Shown here piece after piece: positions 48,837-58,150 of a stretch of DNA of 64,000 nt. The notes below the pieces were generated by a model, which was not told the DNA's origin, did not search any database, and saw nothing but the letters and a program-made list of their open reading frames with translations. Made by a program: the position numbers and the translations under genes. This stretch comes from Candidatus Multivorans sp. Lineage in GTDB: Bacteria; Acidobacteriota; Thermoanaerobaculia; Multivoradales; Multivoraceae. The DNA lies in assembly GCA_965247095.1 (NCBI GenBank), contig OZ251997.1, forward strand, positions 768,001 through 832,000. The letters are read 5' to 3'. Within the stretch, counting starts at the first letter, position 1. Every line of letters starts with the position of its first letter.

Positions 48837-50268
48837 GTGAACTTCGACTCCTACGACTTCGATCCAGCGATCTTCGACGAGATGTTCGTCGCGCCGGGTA
48901 AACCGCGCGAACACTGCCGAGCCGTCTACGAGGCCCTCAGGAGCGCGCCCCGGGAGGAGCTTGAGACGATTCAGGAGCGGGTGACCCGTTCCTTTTCGCA
49001 AGGGGATCACCTTCACGGTCTATGGCGACGAGGAGGCCGAGGAGCGGATCATTCCGATCGATTGCGTCCCGCGCCTGGTGACGCTCGCGGAGTGGCGTGA
49101 ACTGGAAGCCGGCCTGGTGCAGCGCATCGCCGCGCTCAACCTCTTCCTGGGCGACGTCTACGGAGAGTGCCGGATTGTCCGCGACGGTGTGATTCCCATC
49201 GATTTGATCCTCGGTTGCCCGCAGTACCGGCTCGAGATGCGGGGTGTCTGCGTGCCGAACAACACCTGGGTGGCCGTCTGCGGAACGGACCTCGTGCGCA
49301 CCCACGAGGGCTTCATGGTGCTTGAGGACAACCTGCGCGTGCCCTCGGGCGTCTCGTACATGATCGCCAACCGCAAGGCGGTCAAGGCCGGGATGCGGCG
49401 CCTGTATCGGACCTGCCGGGTGCAGGAGGTCGAGAACTACGGCAGCCTGCTGCGCCGGACGCTGAGCGAGCTGGCCCCGGACGGCCGTCTGGAGCCCAGT
49501 CTGGCCCTGCTCACGCCGGGAACCTACAACTCCGCGTTCTACGAGCACATGTTCCTGGCCCAGGAGATCGGCGCGGAGCTGGTCGAGGGACAGGACCTTC
49601 TGGTCAACGACGGCTTCGTCTACATGCGCACCACGGCCGGTCTGCGGCGGGTCGACATGATCTACCGCCGCGTCGACGACGATTTTTTTTGGACCCCTCG
49701 TCTTCCGTAGCGACTCTCTCCTCGGTGTGCCGGGGCTGCTGAACGCGTTCAAACGGGGGAACGTGACCCTGGCCAACGCGCCCGGCACGGGCGTCGCCGA
49801 CGACAAGGCGTCTACGCCCATGTGCCCGACATGGTGCGCTACTACCTGGGCGAAGAGCCGCTGCTCCAGAACGTCGACACGCGCCTGTGCCGGCGCCCCG
49901 AAGACCTCGAGTACACGTTGGACAACCTCGAACCTCTGGTCGTCAAGCGGGTCGGAGGGTCGGGTGGCTACGGCATGCTGGTCGGTCCCCACTCGACGCC
50001 GGAGGAGCGCGACGCGTTCAAGGAGTTGCTCCGAGCCAACCCGGCTGACTACCTTGCGCAGCCGACGTTGCCGTTGTCGCGGTCGCCCTGTCTGGTCGAG
50101 GGCCGCGCGGCGCCGCGCCATGTCGACCTGCGCCCCTTCGTGCTGACGGGGGCGGAGACCCGGATCGTCCCGGGCGCCTTCTGCCGTGTGGCGCTGCGCC
50201 GCGGGAGCCTGGTCGTGAACTCGAGCCAGGGCGGCGGCGGCAAGGACCTGTGGGTGGTCGATCTCTAG
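48837..50268 (+). pseudogene. Circularly permuted type 2 ATP-grasp ligase, frameshifted
   Basis: [62 protein letters not shown] spread over frames; shifts near 49000, 49690, 49810. Confidence 0.88.
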
Positions 50269-51212
50269 TGCTCTCCCGCAGTGCCCAGGGCGTGTACTGG
50301 ATGGGGCGTTACCTGGCGCGCGCCCAGTACCTGAGCCATCTCCTGGAACTGCACGTGCAGGCGTTGGTCGACCGGTCGGTCGAGGAGATTCACTTCGGCT
50401 GGAGGCGGATCTACCGGGCCATGAAGCGGTTGCCGCCAGCGAGCGAAGCATGGCTGCCGGAGGCCGAGGAGTTCGCCCTGGCGGACGATCTGACCTTCGA
50501 ACGGTCGAATCCCGATTCGGTCCGGAGCAGCCTGGAGCGGGGGCGCGAGAACGCCCGCCAGATGCGCCACTGCATCAGCGCCGAGATGTGGACCTGCCTG
50601 AACCTGGCCTATCTGCGCATCCGCGACGTGGAAGCCGTGGACATCTGGAGGACTCCGGAGACCTTCTACGCCCAAACCTGTAACGAGGTCCACAACTTCG
50701 TCGGCATCGCCGATGCGACGATGTACCGGGGCGATGCCTGGCGGTTCATGCGTCTCGGGCGCGCGATCGAGTGGGTCCAGCTTGCGGTGTCGCTGATCCT
50801 CGCTCAGGCGGAGCTCAGCCGGCGCATGAAGCGGCGCACTCTGGGCTGGGCCAGCATGCTGCGCATGCACCACGCCTCCGAGGCCTACAGCCGCCTGTAC
50901 GGGATCGAGATCCGGCCGGGCCGCGTTCTGGATCTGCTGGTTGGCGATCCCTTGCTGCCCGCTACGCTGCTCAGCTCGCTGCGCGCGGCGGCGGCGGAGC
51001 TGGACGCTCTCGAGACGGGGCCGGATGTCGAGGCCGATGCGGCGGCGAGGCGGTTGGTGGGCCACGCCGTCGTGCTGATCCTCTACGACTGGCCCGAGGC
51101 CCGGGACCGGGACCGACTGCTGCAGCGAGTGGACCGGTGCACGCGCGATCTTCACGAAACGGTGCTGGATGCGTTCGTCGACTATGGGATTCAGGACTCC
51201 CCGATGCCGTGA
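50268..51212 (+). CDS. Alpha-E domain protein
   Basis: LSRSAQGVYWMGRYLARA, RENARQMRHCISAEMW, FMRLGRAIE. Confidence 0.85.
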   Translation: MLSRSAQGVYWMGRYLARAQYLSHLLELHVQALVDRSVEEIHFGWRRIYRAMKRLPPASEAWLPEAEEFALADDLTFERSNPDSVRSSLERGRENARQMRHCISAEMWTCLNLAYLRIRDVEAVDIWRTPETFYAQTCNEVHNFVGIADATMYRGDAWRFMRLGRAIEWVQLAVSLILAQAELSRRMKRRTLGWASMLRMHHASEAYSRLYGIEIRPGRVLDLLVGDPLLPATLLSSLRAAAAELDALETGPDVEADAAARRLVGHAVVLILYDWPEARDRDRLLQRVDRCTRDLHETVLDAFVDYGIQDSPMP

Positions 51213-51214
51213 CG

Positions 51215-51790
51215 ATGAAGCGGACGATGCACTACGACGTCGAGCACCGGACGCGGTACGGGTACGTGAAGAATGCGCGCGGTTGGGTGTTGATGCTGTG
51301 TCTCCAGCCGGTCTCGTGGCCCGGACAGAGATTGCTGGAGTTCGAGATCGACACGGCGCCCGCGGCGCCGTTGAGTCCGGAGCGAGACTGTTTCGGCAAC
51401 CGGCGTCACGTGCTGAACGTCCACCGGCGACACCGCGAGTTGAAGGTCACGTCGCGGCTTATGGCGGAAGTCGATCCGCAACCTCGACCCGTGGCGGTCG
51501 GCGGTTGAGAGGACGTTCGATCCTGGCGCCGGGGCCCGGAGGCTACCTGCATGCCACCGACAGCCCTGGCGAGCAGACGGTGGCGACCGGCAGTCACGCC
51601 TGGGTCGAATGCAGGTTGCCCGGGGCGGGTTGGGTCGGCTTCGACCCGACCAACGCGACGTTCAGCGACGAGCGCCACATCCGCGTGGCCACAGGACGGG
51701 ACTACGCTGACGTGTCGCCGACGAGGGGGGTGTTTCAAGGCAGCGGGGATGCGGAGATCAAGGTCGATGTGATAGTGAACGCTGTCGGTC
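51215..51790 (+). pseudogene. Transglutaminase-like protein with internal deletion
   Basis: N-domain (VEHRTRYGY, DCFGN) stops at 51508; C-fragment GYL..SHAWVE..GWVGFDPTN..GRDYADVSP; catalytic-Cys segment absent. Confidence 0.85.
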
Positions 51791-51840
51791 CTGCGGGACA
51801 GGACGAAACGGTGAGCGGAAGAAACAGGAGGCTAGAGAGG

Positions 51841-52179
51841 ATGAACGTCCAGGCTGAGAATCTCGACGGGGTTCTTGTGGCGAAAGTCGAGGGTCGCGTC
51901 GACAGTTCGAACTCTCAGGACTTCGAGCGCCAGTTGCAGGCGGCCATCGTCGACGACATCGGGGCCGTTGTGATGGACCTCGGTCAGCTCGCGTATATCA
52001 GCAGTGCCGGTTTGAGGGTCGTCCTTCTGGTGGCCAAGACCCTGGGGCAGCGCAACGTGAGCATCTCTCTCTGCTCGCTCTCCGACCCTGTTCAGTCGGT
52101 CTTCGAGATCAGCGGTTTCAACCGCATCATCCAGATCCACGACACCCAGGCCGACGCCTTAGCCGCTGCTGGAAAGTAG
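51841..52179 (+). CDS. STAS anti-anti-sigma factor (RsbV/SpoIIAA-like)
   Basis: GRVDSS, YISSAGLRVVL phospho-Ser motif, VFEISGF. Confidence 0.92.
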   Translation: MNVQAENLDGVLVAKVEGRVDSSNSQDFERQLQAAIVDDIGAVVMDLGQLAYISSAGLRVVLLVAKTLGQRNVSISLCSLSDPVQSVFEISGFNRIIQIHDTQADALAAAGK

Positions 52180-52198
52180 GTCGGCCCGGCGTCGCCGC

Positions 52199-53395
52199 AT
52201 GTCCGACAGATCGAGTGCCCGCGCCGCACGTTCGGCCAATCCCGACTACATGATCCTGGTCGTCGACGACGAGCCGGACCTGGAGCGTCTCGTCAGGCAG
52301 CGCATGCGCCGGCACATCCGCTCGGGTCGGTACGGCTTCGAGTTCGCCGGCAACGGTCTCGAGGCGCTCGAGAAACTTGCCGAGAACAGGGACATCGACA
52401 TCGTCCTCTCGGACATCAATATGCCGAAGATGGACGGTCTGAGCCTGCTGCAGCAGATCCCGAAGGTCGACCCGGACATCCGTTCCGTCATCGTGTCGGC
52501 ATACGGCGATATGGAGAACATCCGCACGGCGATGAACCGGGGCGCGTTCGATTTCGTCACCAAGCCGATCGACTTCACGGATCTGGAGGTCACGATCGAG
52601 CGGACACTCAAGCACCTGGACGAGTGGCGCGCCGCCCGGGCGTCGCGGGACAAGCTGGTGGCGCTCCAGAACGAGCTGGACGTGGCGAACAAGATCCAGC
52701 AATCGATCCTGCCGGACAAGTTCCCCCACGTCGACGGTTGCGAGGTATACGGCTGCATGCAGGCGGCCCGCAACGTCGGCGGCGACTTCTTCGACGTGAT
52801 CAGGCTCGGCGAGGGCCGCCTCGGGCTCGCAGTCGCCGACGTCTCGGACAAGGGCGTTCCCGCGGCTCTGTTCATGATGTCGAGCCGCACCCTGCTCAAG
52901 GGCGCGGCGGTCGGCGTCGGCGCTCCGGGCCTGGTTCTCGGTGAAGTGAACGATCTGCTGAACGAAGCGAACGACGCAGCGATGTTCGTGACCGTCTTCT
53001 ACGGCGTGTACGACCCCTCGACCAGGGTGCTGACGTTCTCCAACGGAGGCCACAACCCTCCTCTCGTGGTTCACGGCGACGGCAGCTCCGAGGAGCTCGA
53101 ACTGACCGGCGGTATTGCCCTGGGGGCGATCCCGGAATGCGAGTACGGCCAGGCCAGCGTTCAACTCAGGCCGGGCGACATGGTCGTTTTCTTCACCGAC
53201 GGTGTGACCGAGGCGATCAATATCCTGAACGAGGAGTTCGGCCTGAAAGCCGTACAGGGGTTGTTCAAGGACGGCAAGACCCGGAGTGCCCGGGAGGCCG
53301 CGGAGATGATCCTGCAGGCGGTGCGCGACTTCGCCGGCGAGGCACCGCAGTTCGACGACCTGACCTGCCTGACCCTGCGGGTTGCTGACGAATGA
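52199..53395 (+). CDS. Response regulator receiver fused to SpoIIE/PP2C phosphatase
   Basis: LVVDDE, SDINMPKMDG, VGGDFFD, ADVSDKG, FTDGVTEA, DDLT. Confidence 0.93.
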   Translation: MSDRSSARAARSANPDYMILVVDDEPDLERLVRQRMRRHIRSGRYGFEFAGNGLEALEKLAENRDIDIVLSDINMPKMDGLSLLQQIPKVDPDIRSVIVSAYGDMENIRTAMNRGAFDFVTKPIDFTDLEVTIERTLKHLDEWRAARASRDKLVALQNELDVANKIQQSILPDKFPHVDGCEVYGCMQAARNVGGDFFDVIRLGEGRLGLAVADVSDKGVPAALFMMSSRTLLKGAAVGVGAPGLVLGEVNDLLNEANDAAMFVTVFYGVYDPSTRVLTFSNGGHNPPLVVHGDGSSEELELTGGIALGAIPECEYGQASVQLRPGDMVVFFTDGVTEAINILNEEFGLKAVQGLFKDGKTRSAREAAEMILQAVRDFAGEAPQFDDLTCLTLRVADE

Positions 53396-53399
53396 GCGC

Positions 53400-53494
53400 T
53401 AATCCGCATATCTCACCTGGGTCCTGCTGCACCGGGGATCCGCTCGCGGCGCCTCCACGCCCTCGCTACCGAGGTTGCTGAGATATGCGGACTA
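53400..53494. repeat. MITE-like inverted-repeat element overlapping the anti-sigma start codon
   Basis: TCCGCATATCTCA (53403-53415) and TGAGATATGCGGA (53479-53491), TA-flanked. Confidence 0.7.
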
Positions 53495-53904
53495 CCCGCA
53501 CACTGCGTGTTCCGAACCGGATCGAGGAGCTTCCGGCCGTCTCGGAGGCTGTGGAAGCGCTTGGCCAGGAGGAAGACTGGGCCCCGGATGTGTCGTACGC
53601 CATCGTCCTGGCGCTCGAGGAGGTGGCGACGAATGTCGTTCGTCACGGTGGTGGCGAGGAAGGGACCAGCGAGATCGAGATCGAGGTCATCTCGACGGAC
53701 GAGGAAGTCCGGGTCGAGGTTCGCGACAGCGGCAAGCCGTTCGACCCGTTCCACGACGCTCCCGAGCCGGATATCGACGCGGCGCTCGAGGACCGGACGA
53801 TCGGCGGTCTCGGTGTCCACTTCATGCGTGTGCTGATGGATGTGGCGTCCTACCGGCGTGAGGACGGCCGTAACCACGTGACGATGGTCAAGCGCCGGGG
53901 TTGA
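53485..53904 (+). CDS. RsbW-like anti-sigma factor/Ser kinase (HATPase)
   Basis: LALEEVATNVVRHG, RDSGKPFDP, GGLGVHF. Confidence 0.9.
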   Translation: MRTTRTLRVPNRIEELPAVSEAVEALGQEEDWAPDVSYAIVLALEEVATNVVRHGGGEEGTSEIEIEVISTDEEVRVEVRDSGKPFDPFHDAPEPDIDAALEDRTIGGLGVHFMRVLMDVASYRREDGRNHVTMVKRRG

Positions 53905-53919
53905 GTCCTGCGGCGACCG

Positions 53920-55110
53920 ATGCGCGTCCGTGCACAGGTGGCCCTGACTGCAGCGGCCTGCGCCGCGACGGTCGTTCTCGGCTCGGCCCCGGTCGGGGCA
54001 CAGCCGGAAGAGGTTCCGGGCGTATCTTCTGAGCGCGTCCTGTTCGGTCAGTCGGCCGCCTTCAGCGGCCCCGCCGCCGAGCTGGGCAGGGGAATGCGGC
54101 TCGGCATCGAGGCGGCGTTCAAGGAGGCGAACGATTCCGGTGGTGTGCACGGCCGCATGCTGGAACTGCTGTCGCGTGACGACCGCTACGAGCCGGAGGA
54201 CGCGATCGAGAACACGCGCCGGCTGATCGAGGAGGATGCGGTGTTCGCGCTCGTCGGCGGCGTCGGCACGCCGACCTCCCGCTCCGCGGTGCCGGTGGCG
54301 AGGGATGCAGGAGTGCCCTACGTCGCTCCCTTCACCGGAGCGGGCTTCCTGCGCGATGAGCCGCACGTGATCAACCTCCGTGCTTCCTACGCCCAGGAAA
54401 CGGAGGAGATGGTCGAACGCCTGACCAGGGACCTCGGCATCACGCGCATCGCGGTCGTGATTCAGAACGATTCCTTCGGTCGCGCCGGCCTCGCCGGCGT
54501 CCGGGCCGCGTTCGAGAAGCGTGGCATGGAGGCGGTCTCGATCGGCGTCTATCCCCGCAATACAACAGCCGTCAAAACGGCGCTGGTCGACATCGAAGTG
54601 GGTCAGCCGGAGGCGGTGATCATGGTGGGCGCCTACCAACCGGTCGCCAGCCTGATCGCCTGGGCTCGGCATATCGGCCTCGACCCCGTGTTCATGACGT
54701 TGTCCTTCGTCGGCAGCAACGCTCTGGCGGAGGAGCTGGGCCCCGCCGGCGCCGGCGTCTATGTCACCCAGGTCGTGCCGTTCCCGACCGCTGGCAGCCC
54801 GAGAATCGCCGCCGCCTACCGGCGCGCGCTACGGGCTCATTCCGCCGGGGCGGAACCCGGCTTCGTCTCCTTTGAGGGCTACCTGGCGGGACGCCTCGTG
54901 GTCGAGACGCTCGAGCGCTGTGGGCCGGAAATCGACCGCGATCGCTTTGTGCAGGCTCTGCGTGACGCGGGCTACATCGACCTCGACGGCTTTCGGCTCG
55001 CGTTCGGCGAGCAGGACAACCAGGGATCGGATGCCGTCTTTCTGACCGTGATCGACGAACAGGGGCGATATCGACCTGCGACTCGTCTCGGGGCTCAGGC
55101 GAAGCAATGA
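53920..55110 (+). CDS. Type I periplasmic binding protein (branched-chain amino acid ABC SBP-like)
   Basis: Signal peptide, GQSAAFSGPAAELG, DDRYEP, GGVGTPTS, NLRASY. Confidence 0.9.
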   Translation: MRVRAQVALTAAACAATVVLGSAPVGAQPEEVPGVSSERVLFGQSAAFSGPAAELGRGMRLGIEAAFKEANDSGGVHGRMLELLSRDDRYEPEDAIENTRRLIEEDAVFALVGGVGTPTSRSAVPVARDAGVPYVAPFTGAGFLRDEPHVINLRASYAQETEEMVERLTRDLGITRIAVVIQNDSFGRAGLAGVRAAFEKRGMEAVSIGVYPRNTTAVKTALVDIEVGQPEAVIMVGAYQPVASLIAWARHIGLDPVFMTLSFVGSNALAEELGPAGAGVYVTQVVPFPTAGSPRIAAAYRRALRAHSAGAEPGFVSFEGYLAGRLVVETLERCGPEIDRDRFVQALRDAGYIDLDGFRLAFGEQDNQGSDAVFLTVIDEQGRYRPATRLGAQAKQ

Positions 55111-57272
55111 TCGCCTGGTTTAGCAGGCTGGCTGAGGGCCGGTTCAGGATCGCTACCCAGCTTTACGTTGGCATCGGTGGCGCGGCCGTGCTGACTCTGG
55201 CGGCCAGTCTGGTGGCCCTGTTCGCTTTCGCTCAGGTGGGCGATTCGCAAAGCCGGGTCAACGAAGGCACCGTGCCCGAACTCGCGGCCGCGTTCGGCGT
55301 CGCCCGCGGCAGCGGAACGCTGGTCGCCGCGGGTCCGCGATTGACGGCCTCGGCGACGCAGGGGGAACTGGACCGTGCCGCGGTCGAGATCGCGCCCGCC
55401 CGGCGGGCCTTCGAGGACGAGCTCGAGCTGCTCATGAGCCAGGAAGCAGGCGGGGATGATTCGCTCCGCGACGAGACCAGGTTCGTAAGCATCCAGGCGC
55501 GTGGCGGGGAGTTGATCGGGAACATCGAGGCCATTCAGCAGTCGGTCTCCGAGGGCTTCGAGCTGGGCAACGCGAGCGAAGCGCTGCGTTCCGAACTCTC
55601 GCTGCTCAGGGACGAGATCGCGGCGCTCCTGGTCCCCGCTCTCGACAACCAGCTCTTCTATGCGATGACCGGCTACCGATCCTTCCGCGAGCCGCCCGCG
55701 CCCCGTGACGTCCACTTCTCCGAGCCCGAGATCGACCGTTATCGCGTGCTCGTTGGCTTGCAGCAGGACATCACGATCGTCGATCAGCTTCTGGCCAGCC
55801 TCGCGGTACTCGCGGATCGGGCGAAGATCGAGCCCGTCGAGGAGCAGTACGAGTCGGCCGCGACGAGCATTGAGCGCGCCCTCAGCGCGGTGGACGAGAC
55901 GGAGACCTCGGATCGGCTGAAGGAGCTTTTCGGGCAGATGCTGGCGAGGAGCCGAGCCGCCTTCGACCTGAGAAGGGAGGAGGTCGGCGTGATGGATCGG
56001 CAGCAGGAACTTCTGCTGGAGAACCAGGACCTCGCCCTGGGTCTGGGCCAGGACGTGAAGGACCTCGTCGAGGATTCCCGTTCTCGCGCTGGCGTGGCGA
56101 CCCTCGCTTCGTCGCAGGCGATCCAGACCGGTCGCGCCCTGCTGCTGGCGCTCAACATCGTCAGCATCGCCGGCGCCGTGTTCATCGCCTGGCTGTTCGT
56201 CGGCCGTCTGCTCGTGCGCCGCTTCCAGGCTCTCTCCAGCAGCATGCGCGAGATGGCCGACGGCAACCTGGAAGCGGAGATCGGTATTGGCGGCAACGAC
56301 GAGGTCGCGGACATGGCGGCGGCCCTGGAGGTCTTCCGCCGGCACGCGCTGGAGGTGCAGCGGTTGAACCTGGTCGAGAAGCTGGCCGGTGAGCTGAAGG
56401 AGAAGAACGACGAGCTGGAGGTTGTGCTGGCCGACCTGCAGAAGGCGCAGGATCAGATCGTGATGCGCGAGAAGCTCGCCGCGTTGGGCGAGTTGACGGC
56501 CGGCGTCGCCCACGAAATCAAGAATCCCCTGAACTTCGTCAAGAACTTCTCGGAGGTCTCCGCGGAACTGCTCGAGGAGGTCGAGGAGATCATGAAGGAG
56601 AACGGGGACGGCAGCCTGACCGAAGACCAGCGGGAGGAGATCGCGGAGATCTTCGAGGACCTGAGCGGCAACCTGAAGCTGATCCTGGGGCACGGCGAGC
56701 GGGCGAACCGGATCGTCACCGACATGTTGAAGATGGGCCGCGGCGCCGCACAGCGAGAACTTGCCGATATCAACCGCCTGGTCGACGAGCATGTGGCCCT
56801 TGCGTACCACAGCGCGCGGGCGACGGACCCGAACTTCAACGTCACGATCGAGAAGGACTACGACCCGGACCTGGGGAACCTGGAGGTCGTGTCGCAGGAT
56901 GTGGGCCGGGTGTTCCTCAACCTGGTCAGCAACGCCTGCTACGCCACCGACGAGAGGCGGCGCTCGGCCGACGAGTCGTATGAACCCACCCTCACGGTGA
57001 CGACGAGAAAGATGGACGACGGCGTCGAGGTGCGGATCCGCGACAACGGCAGCGGAATTCCCCCGGATGTCGTGGACAAGATCTTCAATCCCTTCTTCAC
57101 CACCAAGCCGACCGACCAGGGGACGGGTCTGGGCCTCGCGCTTTCGGCCGACATCGTCCGCGAGCACGGCGGCACGATCCGGGTGTTCACGGCGCCCGGC
57201 GAGTTCACGGAGATGATCGTGGAGCTGTCCGCGGCCCCGCCGGACTTCGACGCGCTGCTGCCCCCTTCGTAG
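55107..57272 (+). CDS. Membrane sensor histidine kinase (TorS-like sensor, HAMP, HisKA, HATPase)
   Basis: Two TMs, DEVADMA HAMP, AGVAHEIKNPLN, DNGSGI, FFTTKP..GTGLGL. Confidence 0.93.
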   Translation: MIAWFSRLAEGRFRIATQLYVGIGGAAVLTLAASLVALFAFAQVGDSQSRVNEGTVPELAAAFGVARGSGTLVAAGPRLTASATQGELDRAAVEIAPARRAFEDELELLMSQEAGGDDSLRDETRFVSIQARGGELIGNIEAIQQSVSEGFELGNASEALRSELSLLRDEIAALLVPALDNQLFYAMTGYRSFREPPAPRDVHFSEPEIDRYRVLVGLQQDITIVDQLLASLAVLADRAKIEPVEEQYESAATSIERALSAVDETETSDRLKELFGQMLARSRAAFDLRREEVGVMDRQQELLLENQDLALGLGQDVKDLVEDSRSRAGVATLASSQAIQTGRALLLALNIVSIAGAVFIAWLFVGRLLVRRFQALSSSMREMADGNLEAEIGIGGNDEVADMAAALEVFRRHALEVQRLNLVEKLAGELKEKNDELEVVLADLQKAQDQIVMREKLAALGELTAGVAHEIKNPLNFVKNFSEVSAELLEEVEEIMKENGDGSLTEDQREEIAEIFEDLSGNLKLILGHGERANRIVTDMLKMGRGAAQRELADINRLVDEHVALAYHSARATDPNFNVTIEKDYDPDLGNLEVVSQDVGRVFLNLVSNACYATDERRRSADESYEPTLTVTTRKMDDGVEVRIRDNGSGIPPDVVDKIFNPFFTTKPTDQGTGLGLALSADIVREHGGTIRVFTAPGEFTEMIVELSAAPPDFDALLPPS

Positions 57273-57369
57273 GGCCGGGTCTTAGCCGCTGCGACGGGAT
57301 AGCATCGCCGACGGTCCACGCCACCGCCCGTCGGCGGACGATTTTGGCGGACGGGGGGCTTGAAGCCGC

Positions 57370-58119
57370 ATGTACGCCGCTATCCCGACACAGGCACCAA
57401 CCGAATCGATGCACCCCGGTTCGGTCTTCGGTATGCGCGGCGTGACCAAGGTATACGTGATGGGCGAGGTCGAGGTGCATGCCTTGCGCGGGGTCGACCT
57501 GGACCTGCACGAGGGTGAGTTCACGGTCCTGCTCGGGCCGTCCGGTAGCGGCAAGTCAACGCTGCTGAACATTCTGGGCGGCCTGGATGCCGCGACAGCC
57601 GGTCGGGTGACCTACCGCGGCGGGGACCTGAGCAAGGCCGGAGAACGCGCGCTCACCCGCTACCGGCGCCGTCATGTCGGCTTCGTGTTCCAGTTCTACA
57701 ACCTGATCCCGTCGCTGACCGCGCGCGAGAACGTGGCGCTCGTGACCGAGATTGCGGCCGACCCATTGACCCCGGAGGACGCCCTGGCCCTGGTCGGCCT
57801 GGGACATCGGCTCGACCATTTCCCCTCCCAGATGTCCGGCGGCGAGCAGCAGCGGGTGGCGATCGCTCGCGCGATCGCCAAGCGTCCGGACGTCCTCCTG
57901 TGCGACGAGCCCACCGGCGCCCTCGACATCAGTACCGGCATCGCGGTCCTCGAGGCGATCGAGAAGGTGAACGTCGACCTGGGAACGACGACGGCGGTGA
58001 TCACGCACAACGCGGCGATCTCGGCGATGGCGGACCGGGTCATCTCACTTGCCGACGGTCGGATCGCGAACGACGTTCACAACTCCACCAAGCTGCCGGC
58101 GGCGGCGATCGTGTGGTAG
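57370..58119 (+). CDS. ABC ATP-binding protein (MacB/LolD-like; start uncertain)
   Basis: [41 protein letters not shown]. Confidence 0.93.
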   Translation: MYAAIPTQAPTESMHPGSVFGMRGVTKVYVMGEVEVHALRGVDLDLHEGEFTVLLGPSGSGKSTLLNILGGLDAATAGRVTYRGGDLSKAGERALTRYRRRHVGFVFQFYNLIPSLTARENVALVTEIAADPLTPEDALALVGLGHRLDHFPSQMSGGEQQRVAIARAIAKRPDVLLCDEPTGALDISTGIAVLEAIEKVNVDLGTTTAVITHNAAISAMADRVISLADGRIANDVHNSTKLPAAAIVW

Positions 58120-58150
58120 GGCGGAGCAGGGTGTATTCCGAAGCCGGCCC

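Noticed and set aside
44400-51800. Prophage or integrative element explaining the decayed island
   Set aside because: No integrase, transposase, phage gene or tRNA attachment site seen.
51169-52179. Transglutaminase-STAS fusion protein
   Set aside because: Read-through of a pseudogene fragment; STAS has its own ATG at 51841 with a purine-rich RBS.
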